Below, piece by piece: positions 47,503 to 56,455 of a stretch of DNA of 64,000 bases. Made by a program: the position numbers and the translations under genes. The notes under the pieces are model-generated. The model saw only the letters and a list, made by a program, of their open reading frames with translations. It had not been told where the DNA came from and ran no database searches. The DNA comes from an uncultured Planctomycetota bacterium (GTDB taxonomy: Bacteria; Planctomycetota; Planctomycetia; Isosphaerales; Isosphaeraceae): positions 3,360,001 through 3,424,000 of the forward strand of contig CAVTTN010000002.1 of assembly GCA_963737655.1 (NCBI GenBank), written 5' to 3'. Every line of letters begins with the position of its first letter. Position 1 is the stretch's first letter.

Positions 47503-48336
47503 TCATTCTTCGTCCGTGCTCATCGGCCGGCTGCCCCGGCGGAACTTCTCGCGGGCCCGGCCGTGCTTGCCTTCGTGCTGGGCCTGGATGTAGGCGAGGA
47601 GGCGATCGACCTCCGGCGCCATGTGCCCGTGCGATTCGAGGATCTCCGTCGCGTGCCGGACGCTCATCTTCGCCCGGTAGATCAGGCGATGGGCCTCGTG
47701 GAGCGCGTCGATCCCCTCCGAGGTGATCCCGTTGCGCTTCAGGCCGACGACGTTGATGCACCGGACCTTCGACGGGTTGCCATCGACGAGCATGAACGGG
47801 GGCACGTCATGATAGATCCGCGACTGGCCGCCGACGAAGCTGTAGCCGCCGATCGTGACGTAATGGTGGACGGCCACCCCTCCGGAGAGGCTGGCGTGGT
47901 CCTCGACGTGGACGTGGCCGCCGAGCATCGTGCCGTTGGCGATCGTCACGCGGTCGCCGACCTTGCAGTCGTGGGCGACGTGCGAGGTGGCCATCAGGAA
48001 GTTGTGCGAGCCCAGGCGGGTCACGCCGTCTTCCTTTTCCGTGGCCCGGTGGATCGTCACGCCTTCCCGCAGGATGTTGTGATCGCCGATCTCGACCCGC
48101 GTCGGCGTGCCCTGGTACGACACGTCCTGGGGGTCGCCGCCGATCACGACGAACGGGCTGATCGTGTTGCCCTCGCCGATCGAGGTCACGCCGAGCACGC
48201 AGACATGAGCGATCAATCGGGTGCCTCGTCCGATGCGGACGTCCGGCCCGATCACGCAATACGGCCCGACCTCCACGTCGTCGGCGAGCTCGGCCCGGGG
48301 GTCGATGCTGGCCGTCTCGGCAATGGATGTCGCCAT
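47503..48336 (-). CDS. lpxA: UDP-N-acetylglucosamine acyltransferase LpxA
   Basis: Hexapeptide repeats, GGDPQD, REGVTIHR, HVAHDC, DVPPF, NVVGLKR. Confidence 0.95.
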   Translation of the reverse strand: MATSIAETASIDPRAELADDVEVGPYCVIGPDVRIGRGTRLIAHVCVLGVTSIGEGNTISPFVVIGGDPQDVSYQGTPTRVEIGDHNILREGVTIHRATEKEDGVTRLGSHNFLMATSHVAHDCKVGDRVTIANGTMLGGHVHVEDHASLSGGVAVHHYVTIGGYSFVGGQSRIYHDVPPFMLVDGNPSKVRCINVVGLKRNGITSEGIDALHEAHRLIYRAKMSVRHATEILESHGHMAPEVDRLLAYIQAQHEGKHGRAREKFRRGSRPMSTDEE

Positions 48337-48399
48337 TCGGGGGATCTCCTCATTCCTTGAGGACCGGGAAGGACGCCATCCTTGGCGCCGGGTTGGTTC

Positions 48400-48537
48400 G
48401 GTGGGCGAGACCCACCGTTGTGGAGGGCGGGCGTAACCCGCCGAGCACGCGACATTGAAGGATGGGCGGCCCGGGGGCCGCCGCACGGTCGGCGGGTTTC
48501 AACCGCCCTGCACGACGGTGGGCCGCGCCCACCCTAG
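48400..48537. repeat. Compound degenerate REPIN (two palindrome types per arm)
   Basis: Left arm GGTGGGCGAGACCCACCGTTGTGGAGGGCGGGCGTAACCCGCCGA; rc of right arm GGTGGGCGCGGCCCACCGTCGTGCAGGGCGGTTGAAACCCGCCGA. Confidence 0.8.
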
Positions 48538-49865
48538 GTATTCGATTCCACCAGCACGAACCGGATTCGCGCCTCGGCCGCGAGGACCTCGCCGACCTTC
48601 GCCGTCCCCTGGATCTCGCAGGTCCGGGACTTCATCCGGATCGCCTCGACGTCCAGGACGAGCTGGTCTCCCGGGACGACCGGGCGGCGGAGCTTCACGT
48701 CGTCGATCGAGGCGATCAGGGCGTTGTGACGGCTCGGGTCGATGTGCTGGCCGATCAGGACACCGCCGGCCTGCGCCAGGGCCTCCACGATCAGGACGCC
48801 CGGCATGATCGGCCGTCCCGGCCAGTGGCCCTGGAAGAACGGCTCGTTGCACGTGACGTTCTTCAGGGCGCGGACCCGGTCGGGGCCGAGCCCGAGGACG
48901 CGATCGACGAGCAGGAACGGATAGCGATGGGGCAGGATCTTCATGATCGCCCCGACGTCGAGAGTGGTCGGCGGGGGGGCCGGCGGCTCGCCGCCCTTCT
49001 CGCGAGGCCGGACCGCCTCGGCCAGGAGCCGGCGGACCAGGGCCGCGTTCAGCGAGTGCCCGGAGCGATGGGCCACCACGTGCCCGGCCAGGTCGCACCC
49101 GGCCAGGGCCAGGTCGCCCACCATGTCCAGAATCTTGTGGCGGACGCATTCGTCCGGGAACCGCAGAGGGTTGCCGATCGGCCCGTCGGGCCCGAATACG
49201 AGCAAGTCGGACTCGGTGATCCGGTTGCCCAGGCCGCTCCGCCGCAGCCCCTCGGCCTCCTCGGCGAGGATGAACGTCCGGCTCGTCGCGAGCTCGTCGC
49301 GGAAGCTTTCGGGGGTGACCGGCAGGAAGAAGCTCTGCCGGCCGATCGCGGTATTCGGGCCGTAATCGAGCTGGTAGCCGAGGACCAGGTCCTCGGACCG
49401 GCCCGGATGGGCGGTGATCGTCGCCCCGTGGTCGTGGACGGTGATCGGCTCGTCGATGATCAGGCGGGTGCGGAGGCGGTCCTGGGGGATGGTCCCGGCC
49501 TCGCCGAGCGCCTCGACGAACGCCCGGCTGGAGCCGTCGCACCCGGGCGTCTCGCCCGAATCGACGTCCACCAGGCAGTTATCCACCCGGAGGCCGGCGA
49601 GGGCGGCGAGGACGTGCTCGACCATCTCGATGGTCGCCTCGCCCTTCTGGAGGGCCGTCCGCCGTTGGCGAGGGACGACCTGCTCGATCCTCGCGGGGAT
49701 CGTCGGGCGGCCGGCCAGGTCGGTCCGGCGGAAGACGACGCCGGAGCCGGGCTCGGCGGGCTGGAACCGGACCGTGACATCGGCTCCGGTGAGGAAGCCG
49801 ACACCCCGGACGGTCGCCTCTCTCGCGATCGTCCGCTCCGGGCGGGACGCGGTGGCCGTGCTCAT
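48534..49865 (-). CDS. lpxC: Bifunctional LpxC/FabZ
   Basis: EHVLAAL, DGSS, HKILD..GDL, GH (LpxC); [30 protein letters not shown] (FabZ). Confidence 0.95.
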   Translation of the reverse strand: MSTATASRPERTIAREATVRGVGFLTGADVTVRFQPAEPGSGVVFRRTDLAGRPTIPARIEQVVPRQRRTALQKGEATIEMVEHVLAALAGLRVDNCLVDVDSGETPGCDGSSRAFVEALGEAGTIPQDRLRTRLIIDEPITVHDHGATITAHPGRSEDLVLGYQLDYGPNTAIGRQSFFLPVTPESFRDELATSRTFILAEEAEGLRRSGLGNRITESDLLVFGPDGPIGNPLRFPDECVRHKILDMVGDLALAGCDLAGHVVAHRSGHSLNAALVRRLLAEAVRPREKGGEPPAPPPTTLDVGAIMKILPHRYPFLLVDRVLGLGPDRVRALKNVTCNEPFFQGHWPGRPIMPGVLIVEALAQAGGVLIGQHIDPSRHNALIASIDDVKLRRPVVPGDQLVLDVEAIRMKSRTCEIQGTAKVGEVLAAEARIRFVLVESNT

Positions 49866-49966
49866 TCCTGTTCCGTTGGGTTTGAGCCGCGGATGGGAGA
49901 GAAGGGACGGGGCGCCGCCCGCCGGGGGATTCGGGACGGCGCCGTTCGCAAATCAAATTCAGGCGA

Positions 49967-50770
49967 TCACTTGTTCACGCGACCCGAATTGCCGGCCGGG
50001 GCCGGGCGGGCGGCGGACTTCGCGGCGGGTCGGGCGGCCGGGGCGTCGGCGGCGGGGTCTTCGACGGCCGGGTTGACCTCGGCCGCCCCGGCCGGGGCCT
50101 TCACGACCTGGCCGCCGGCCTTCTGGTATTCCAGGTTCATGTTGTACAGGACGGTCTTGGTGATGTCGGTCTTCGGGTCGGCGTAGAGCACCTGGCGGCC
50201 CATCGCGGCGATCACGCCGTCGGGGTCCTGGGTGTTGATCGGCGCGTTGGTGACCTGCAAGACGTGGGTGATCCCCTTGCTGTAGGCGACCCGGGCGATC
50301 ATCTCCTGGGCTTCCTTCTGGAAGATGGCGATGATCTCGGCCTGCTTGAGCTGGGTCTCGCGCTCGGCGGTCTGCTTCTCGGCCTCGAGCTTCACGCGGA
50401 GCTGGGTGAGCTTGGCGTCGCGGTCCTTGAAGTCCTTGGTGCCGGGCTGGTAGTTCTCCATCTCCTTGCCGATCTGCTTGCCCTCGGCGGCGATGCCCTT
50501 GAGCTGCCCTTCCTTGGCGAGGACCTCGGTCTTGAGCCCCTCGGTCAGGAACTTGGCTTTCTCGTAGCCCTGGAAGACGGTCATCATGTCGATGGTGCCG
50601 ATGACCGAGGGGGTCGGCGCCGCGGCGGCGCGGGTCGGGGCGGCCGAGGCGCCGGCCTTGCGGACCTCGCCGTCTCCCTGGCCGTGAGAGGTGCTCACGC
50701 CGACCGCCACCACCAGGGACGCCACGCCCAGGGCCCCGACCGCCAGGCCCGCGCGAGTGCTCATCGCCAT
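49967..50770 (-). CDS. skp: OmpH/Skp family periplasmic chaperone
   Basis: Signal peptide, IGTIDM..VF, long coiled coil, VLYAD...DIT..VL; upstream of lpx genes. Confidence 0.85.
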   Translation of the reverse strand: MAMSTRAGLAVGALGVASLVVAVGVSTSHGQGDGEVRKAGASAAPTRAAAAPTPSVIGTIDMMTVFQGYEKAKFLTEGLKTEVLAKEGQLKGIAAEGKQIGKEMENYQPGTKDFKDRDAKLTQLRVKLEAEKQTAERETQLKQAEIIAIFQKEAQEMIARVAYSKGITHVLQVTNAPINTQDPDGVIAAMGRQVLYADPKTDITKTVLYNMNLEYQKAGGQVVKAPAGAAEVNPAVEDPAADAPAARPAAKSAARPAPAGNSGRVNK

Positions 50771-50986
50771 GTCTCCAGACTCCTTTCCAGACCGGCCGAC
50801 CCGGGCCTTTGGGGCCGCGAAGGTCGGGCGGCGGACTCCCACGAAGCCCGGCGCGTTTTCTCGACGCGAGGGCGATCCACTCCACCGATCCGTCGGCGAG
50901 TCGAGACCCGTCCCAAAGGACGGTTCCCACCGGGCGGACATTCTGCCGACCCGGCCCCAAAGGGTCAAGTCGAACCGGAGATCGCC

Positions 50987-51140
50987 GTGGGGTGCATGAA
51001 ATGCACCGTCCCGTAGGGTGCATGAAATGCACCAACCACGCGGCGGCCGTCGGCCGCCTTCCACTTGCTCTGAGAAGGGGATGTGAACAAGGAAGGCGGC
51101 CGTGGGCCGCCGCGTGGTTGGTGCATTTCATGCACCCTAC
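50987..51140. repeat. REPIN family A plus an extra REP copy
   Basis: Copies at 50987-51007, 51013-51033 and inverted 51120-51140; AACCACGCGGCGGCC arm extension shared with the 43-kb copy. Confidence 0.92.
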
Positions 51141-51679
51141 AGGACGTTCTTCGCGAACCGCCTCAATTTCTCGGCGAACGCGTCGGCCAGGGCTTCGGGC
51201 TCGGGGAAGAGGCCGGCGGGGCCGGGCCTCAGCGCGAAGGCGCAGGCTTCCTGGCCGAGATTGACCCGTAAGAGCCCCAGGGGCACCGCTCGCATCCGTC
51301 CCGGGGCTTCCAGGACGACCTTCAAGAGGTCGTCATCCTCGGGAGTGATCGGCTCGGGGGTCGCCACCACCACGGTCAGCCCGAGAGAGAGGCCCGCCCC
51401 GCGCTTCACCGGGGGAAATCGGCCGTGCGCGGCCATCGCCACCCTCCGGACCAGCTCGCGATAGCCTCCGCCCGCAATCGTCACGTCCACCGGCTGCCGG
51501 ACCACCGCGACGATCCCCAGGGCCCGCCCCACGATCGGCAGGACGCCCACCTTCACCGGCCTCCGGTAGTATTTCAGGACGTCCAGAGGAGGCGACCGGA
51601 ACTCCTCGCCGTCCTCTTCCGAGGCGCCGAGCGGCCCCATCACCGAATCGATCAGCTCCAGGAGGTCCGAATCGATCAT
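51137..51679 (-). CDS. Hypothetical protein
   Basis: GAGG RBS before MIDSDLL; GC3 bias; stop TAG lies in the REP. Confidence 0.65.
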   Translation of the reverse strand: MIDSDLLELIDSVMGPLGASEEDGEEFRSPPLDVLKYYRRPVKVGVLPIVGRALGIVAVVRQPVDVTIAGGGYRELVRRVAMAAHGRFPPVKRGAGLSLGLTVVVATPEPITPEDDDLLKVVLEAPGRMRAVPLGLLRVNLGQEACAFALRPGPAGLFPEPEALADAFAEKLRRFAKNVL

Positions 51680-51815
51680 GGACGCCTCGGACGAACAGGG
51701 GACCCATGAAATCCGAACGACTCGGGCGGCCCCTGGCGGCCCTGGATCGGCCTTCGTAGGATAATCGCCGGACGGACCGCTCGGCCATGACCCTCGACCC
51801 TCGAATCGTCCCCGG

Positions 51816-52325
51816 ATGAGCAGAGAGGCCCTCGCCTTGCCCGAACCCGCCAAGCCCGCCTCCGAATCCCGCGTCTCGCTGGCGATCATCACCGATCCCG
51901 GCCAGGCCAACGCGTTCGGGACGATCCACGGAGGCGTGGTCCTCCGCCTGGCCGACGAATGCGGGGCCACGGCCGCCCTGCGCCACTCGGGAGGACGGGT
52001 CATCACCACCGCCGCGATTGATTCGTTCACGTTCCTCGGACCCGTCCACGTCGGCGACCGCCTGGAATTGACCGCCGAGGTCACCCACGTCGGGCGAACT
52101 TCTCTGGAGGCGAAAATCGAGGTCTTCGCCGAGACGATGGCCCATCCGGCGAGGCGAAAAGTCGGGATGGGGTACGGCCTTTACGTGGCCCTGGACGACC
52201 AGGGCAAGCCCTGCCCAGTCCCGCCCTTGCTCTCCTCGACCGACGCCGACCGCCTCCGCGACGCCGAGGCCGAAGCCAGGCAGGCCGTCCGCCTGGCCCA
52301 CCGCGCCCGGGCCCGCCAGGGCTGA
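51816..52325 (+). CDS. Acyl-CoA thioesterase (HotDog fold)
   Basis: AN.FGTIHGG.VL...D, VTHVGRTSLE, YVALD..GKP..VP. Confidence 0.9.
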   Translation: MSREALALPEPAKPASESRVSLAIITDPGQANAFGTIHGGVVLRLADECGATAALRHSGGRVITTAAIDSFTFLGPVHVGDRLELTAEVTHVGRTSLEAKIEVFAETMAHPARRKVGMGYGLYVALDDQGKPCPVPPLLSSTDADRLRDAEAEARQAVRLAHRARARQG

Positions 52326-52355
52326 TTCCCCTCCTTTCGAGTCGAGGCCATTCCC

Positions 52356-53543
52356 ATGACGCGTCCCATCGTCGCCGGATTGATCGCATGTTGCGCCGCG
52401 ATCGCCGCGGGCCCGGCCCCCGCCCTGAAGGTCGTGGTCCGCAACCCGGGGCCCGCCCTCGGTGAGACCCCGGTCCTCGCCGCCCTGGGTCGCGAGGTCG
52501 AACCCGGGATCTACGGCCTGACCGCCAAGGACGGCTCGCATACGCGGGCGGAAGTCTTCGTGGACGGAAAGACCCTCCACCTTTCCGCCGTATTCGCCGC
52601 CCTGCCGCCCGGCGAGAGCGAATACGACGCGGCGGGGCCCATCCGAATCAAGGGGTTCCCGTCGGTCCAGCTCGAGCGAAAGGGCGTGAGTGTAGACGTG
52701 AACCTGCACCGGGAGCCGTTCACGACCCTCGTCCAGGACCAGGGCGCCAAGCCGTTCCTGTTCCCCATGATCGGCCCGACCGGCAAGCCCATCACTCGCG
52801 CGTTCCCGATGAAAGACGTCCCCGGGGAGGACCGCGACCACCCCCACCAGAGGTCGTTCTGGTTCACCCACGGTAAGGTCAACGGCGTGGACTTCTGGAC
52901 CGAGCAGGGCCCTCACGGGACCATCGTCCCCACCGGCGAGCCTTACTTGCGGTCGGGCTTCACCATGGGCTTCGTCCGAACCCGCGACGACTGGAAGGGG
53001 CCGACCGGGGCGAAGATCCTCGAGGATCAGAGGACGATCCGGGTCTTTGCGACGAAGGCCACGCGCGTCCTCGACTGCGAGTTCACCCTGACGGCCAGCG
53101 AGGGCCCGGTCGAGTTCGGCGAGACGAAGGAGGGGATGTTCGGGCTGCGGGTGGCCTCGTCGATGGACGCCAACCGCAAGCCCGGTGGCAAGATCACCAA
53201 CGCCGAGGGGATCACGGATAAGGACACCTGGGGCAAGCGGTCCGCCTGGGTCGATTACGTCGGGCCGGTCGAGGGGGAGACGGTCGGGATCACGATCCTT
53301 GATCACCCGGAAAACCTCCGCCACCCGACGGCCTGGCACGTCCGCGATTACGGGCTTTTCGCCGCCAACCCGTTCGGAAACAAGGATTTCGGGCTCGAAG
53401 GCCCCGGCGAATTCACCCTCCCCGCCGGCCAATCGCTGACGTTCCGCTACCGGGTGATCCTCCACAGGGGGGACACCGCCTCCGCGAAGCCCGACGAGGC
53501 GTTCCGGCTCTATGCCGATCCGCCGAAGGTGGAGGTCCGCTGA
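52356..53543 (+). CDS. Secreted PmoA-like/DUF6807 family protein
   Basis: Signal peptide; DHPHQRSFWFTHG, KEGMFGLRV, WHVRDYGLFAANPFG. Confidence 0.75.
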   Translation: MTRPIVAGLIACCAAIAAGPAPALKVVVRNPGPALGETPVLAALGREVEPGIYGLTAKDGSHTRAEVFVDGKTLHLSAVFAALPPGESEYDAAGPIRIKGFPSVQLERKGVSVDVNLHREPFTTLVQDQGAKPFLFPMIGPTGKPITRAFPMKDVPGEDRDHPHQRSFWFTHGKVNGVDFWTEQGPHGTIVPTGEPYLRSGFTMGFVRTRDDWKGPTGAKILEDQRTIRVFATKATRVLDCEFTLTASEGPVEFGETKEGMFGLRVASSMDANRKPGGKITNAEGITDKDTWGKRSAWVDYVGPVEGETVGITILDHPENLRHPTAWHVRDYGLFAANPFGNKDFGLEGPGEFTLPAGQSLTFRYRVILHRGDTASAKPDEAFRLYADPPKVEVR

Positions 53544-54127
53544 TCGGCCAGCCCGAGGGGCCGCCCGGGGCTAACCACCCCATCCAGAGGCACGTCATGG
53601 GGCTCGGCGGGCAGCTCGTCCACCCATTGCTCATCGAACGCCAGGGCGATCCTCAAGACGTCGTGCCTCAATCGGGGCAAGAGCCGGTCATAATGCCCGG
53701 CCCCTCGGCCAATCCGGTTCCGGTGGACGTCATAGGCCACCCCGGGGACCAGGACCCAGTCGATCGAATCGACCGGAATGCTTGCTCGTGAGGACGCTGG
53801 TTCGGGGATTCCCAGGGTCCCGGGCCGGAGGTCGCGGTCGGGGTCGTCGATCCGATGGAGTCGAAGCGAATTCGAGCCGCGATCGACCGTCGGGCAGGCC
53901 ACGATTTTCCCCGCCTCCCGGGCGATCTTCAGCATCGGCCTCGTGTCGAACTCCTCGGGGAACGCCGAGGCGTACAGGAGCACGGTCCGGGCCGTCTCGA
54001 ATCCGGGAAGGCCGGGAAACGCCGCGACGAGGGCCAATTCCTGCCGGGTCCGCTCCTCGCTCGCCATCGCGAGGATTCGGGCGATCACGGCCCGGCGAAT
54101 CCGGCGCTTTTCCTGGCGGAGATCCAT
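53510..54127 (-). CDS. ygfA: 5-formyltetrahydrofolate cyclo-ligase
   Basis: GIPEP, VLVPGVAYD...RIGRGAGHYDRLL, EPHD. Confidence 0.93.
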   Translation of the reverse strand: MDLRQEKRRIRRAVIARILAMASEERTRQELALVAAFPGLPGFETARTVLLYASAFPEEFDTRPMLKIAREAGKIVACPTVDRGSNSLRLHRIDDPDRDLRPGTLGIPEPASSRASIPVDSIDWVLVPGVAYDVHRNRIGRGAGHYDRLLPRLRHDVLRIALAFDEQWVDELPAEPHDVPLDGVVSPGRPLGLADQRTSTFGGSA

Positions 54128-54184
54128 CGCGACCGGTTCCCGGAAGTGCTTTCGGCCCGCCCTCGCCCGGTCAGGGGTGGGAGC

Positions 54185-54372
54185 GGGCCGAAAACAGAGA
54201 CCTCCACCGCAATGCCGTCCGGGGCGAATTTGGGAACCCGCAGTTCAAGTGGGTACCTAAGGCCGTCTGGCTAGGCCGAGCGGCCGAGATTCGGTCCCCT
54301 ACGGGTTATACGTTGGTTCGCCAAAATGATCACCCTTGCGCGAGCATGGCAGAGGCCGCCCGACCGAGGCCG
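54185..54372 (-). ncRNA. ssrS: 6S RNA (ends approximate)
   Basis: Directly upstream of ygfA (conserved ssrS-ygfA synteny); rod-like pairing GCCTCTGCC/GGTGGAGGT, GGCGAA/TTCGCC, AACCCGTAG/CTGCGGGTT with CTTGAAC motif; upstream TTGATT-17-TATCTT. Confidence 0.82.
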
Positions 54373-54407
54373 GACGTCGATTAAGATAGCCCCAATCGCC
54401 CTTCAAA

Positions 54408-55193
54408 TCAAGCGAAACCGCCCGATTCCGGGACGATCGGCGACTCGCTGCCCTCGCGGAGCAGCCGGATCTGGTCGCGGAGCCTCGCGGCCTCCTCGAA
54501 GTCCTCGCGGGCCACGGCCAGGTCGAGCTGCTGCTCCAGGCGCTCGACCGGCCCCATCGGCCGCTCGCGCTCGACCTGCCGCTTCCAGTTCAGGAGGAAC
54601 GTGAGCTCCTGGCAGTCCCCCTCGCTCTCCTCCTGCTCATAATCGCGGAGGAAGGCGCGGATGCCGGCGACCCCCTCATCGATCCGCTCCAACGCCTTGC
54701 GATGCTCGCCCCGCTCCAGGCTTTCCAGGGCCCGGGCCCGGGCGTTCATCATCGTGACGTAGGGCCGATACTGGTCGAACTGGATGCGGTCGCGAGGCCG
54801 GGCGGCATGCCTCACCACGAACGCGAACAGCCGGAGGTTCCGCGACGTGTCGCGTGCCACCAGGTCATAGCGTTCGAGGTGGAACAGGGCGATGTAGCGG
54901 TGGTAAAACTGGACCCCCTCGCGCATCAGGGCCGAGAGGGCGTCGGAGTCGAGGGTGAAGTCGTCCCCCTCGGAGGCCATCTTGCGGCTCTGGGCTTCCA
55001 GGGAGTCCAGCAGGCTGTCGGCGCCGTCGGGCCTCTGGCCGTCGGGCCGGCCGGACATCTCCATCTGGAGGACCCCGAGATCGATCCTCATCTGGAGCTT
55101 CTCCCGGCCGTCATCCCCCGGGATGATCCGCACCTGGATCTCCTCGGGGTCATGGTCCCAGCCGGCGAGGATCGGTCCGATGTCCTTGCTCAA
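54408..55193 (-). CDS. UvrB/UvrC-motif-containing protein
   Basis: LQMRIDLGVLQME..GRPDG; C-terminal AVAREDFEEAARLRDQI; TTG start. Confidence 0.82.
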   Translation of the reverse strand: MSKDIGPILAGWDHDPEEIQVRIIPGDDGREKLQMRIDLGVLQMEMSGRPDGQRPDGADSLLDSLEAQSRKMASEGDDFTLDSDALSALMREGVQFYHRYIALFHLERYDLVARDTSRNLRLFAFVVRHAARPRDRIQFDQYRPYVTMMNARARALESLERGEHRKALERIDEGVAGIRAFLRDYEQEESEGDCQELTFLLNWKRQVERERPMGPVERLEQQLDLAVAREDFEEAARLRDQIRLLREGSESPIVPESGGFA

Positions 55194-55296
55194 GCGTGAA
55201 TCTCCACGAGAGGCGCGTCGTTCGCACCTCCCATGATAGGCTCGCGAGAACGTGACGGCAACGTGAAGGCCGCCTCGCTCGATCGTGAAACCGGCG

Positions 55297-55755
55297 TCAT
55301 CCGCCGAGATCCGGCAGCTCGACCGTCAGGAGGTGCTCGATCGAATACGGGCAACTCGCCGGGAAGGCGGCCTGGTCGAGCCCGGTCTCCGAGGCCGCGA
55401 GCTCGACGGCCCTCGCATACGCCTCCGCCAGGACCGCTTCGGCGTGGGCCCGGAGCACCCCGCTCCCGGCGAGGTCGGCGAGCTCCTGGCGCTGGAGGAG
55501 GATCGTGGTCCGCCAACTTCGCGACCGCTTATCTTCCTGAGATTCCCACTTGAGCAAGTGGGCAAGCAGAATGACCAGGCGGCTCGTGACTTCTCGGCGG
55601 TCGCGACGGGCCATGTCCGTGAGGTACTTGCCCAGGTGGTCCAGGTCCAGGGCCCCGACCTCCTGGCGACGGACCAGGTCGGCCATCGCCTCCAGCCAGG
55701 CCGTCTCGTCCTCCAGGAAAAGGGCGGCCAGGGATTCCGCTGTCTCGACCGCCAT
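55297..55755 (-). CDS. DUF29 family protein
   Basis: D..AW, LD..HL, L.HLLKW..Q...RSRSW..TI..QR, FP..CPY. Confidence 0.88.
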   Translation of the reverse strand: MAVETAESLAALFLEDETAWLEAMADLVRRQEVGALDLDHLGKYLTDMARRDRREVTSRLVILLAHLLKWESQEDKRSRSWRTTILLQRQELADLAGSGVLRAHAEAVLAEAYARAVELAASETGLDQAAFPASCPYSIEHLLTVELPDLGG

Positions 55756-55792
55756 CCACGCCTCCTCGCTCCTCGCGGACTCGGTTCGCAAC

Positions 55793-56350
55793 CTATTCAT
55801 ACCAAGAGGCGGGAATCCCGGGAATTCGTGGGCTGGGCTTCGCGTCGGGGATCTCGATCTCCCACAGCGCCCGCTCGATCCGCTCGGCCTGGGGGATGGT
55901 GTCGTACCCGGCGAGGTAAAGCCAGGTCCGCCGACCGCCCCGGGTCCGGATCGTGAGGTCGGCATAGTTGGCATCCGGAGCAAGAGGCCGGTCCGGGTCC
56001 ACGGAGAGGATGCCGCTCCGTTCGATCGTGCCGACCAATTCGTCGAGTTGCTCGGGCTTGAGGATGCCCTCGACGTAATCCTTCCCGGGATTCTCGGGCG
56101 AAAGCACTCGAACGATCCGACCGTCCTGCCAGACGGCGACCCGGACATTGGACCGGGGCTTCCCGCCGAAGTGAGCGTAGCCACGAAATTGAGTGAGGAA
56201 AAGAAAAGGTCGGTCCGGCCCCTGCTCTTCGAAAATGAGAGGGTCGCCCGCCGGTTCGTCCCTCGGCGAAAAACCGAGGCTGCTCCTCCATGCCACATAG
56301 AGAAGGATGACTACGACGCCGATCATCGCGTACGCTTTCTTCTCCGACAT
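55793..56350 (-). CDS. Hypothetical protein with N-terminal TM/signal
   Basis: GGAGG RBS; hydrophobic N-terminus. Confidence 0.6.
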   Translation of the reverse strand: MSEKKAYAMIGVVVILLYVAWRSSLGFSPRDEPAGDPLIFEEQGPDRPFLFLTQFRGYAHFGGKPRSNVRVAVWQDGRIVRVLSPENPGKDYVEGILKPEQLDELVGTIERSGILSVDPDRPLAPDANYADLTIRTRGGRRTWLYLAGYDTIPQAERIERALWEIEIPDAKPSPRIPGIPASWYE

Positions 56351-56455
56351 GGCGGCCTCCCGGGCTGTCCAGGAATGACTCGACCCTCCGCCGAGACGGT
56401 GTATAAAACCGCCGCGAGGGAGGGTCGAGTTGGACTCACGGTCGCCGGAGCGATC

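Noticed and set aside
48534..49865. LpxC-FabZ fusion as a novelty
   Set aside because: A known fusion in several phyla
42998..51140. Repeated GGTGCATGAAATGCACC palindromes as a CRISPR array
   Set aside because: Copies are dispersed inverted doublets, not regularly spaced direct repeats with unique spacers; no cas genes are present
52356..53543. Methane monooxygenase
   Set aside because: The PmoA-like label refers to a soluble secreted family; no TM helices and no pmoB/pmoC
54408..56350. Defence or toxin-antitoxin island around the DUF29 and UVR-motif genes
   Set aside because: No nucleotidyltransferase, nuclease or ATPase partner and no compositional shift
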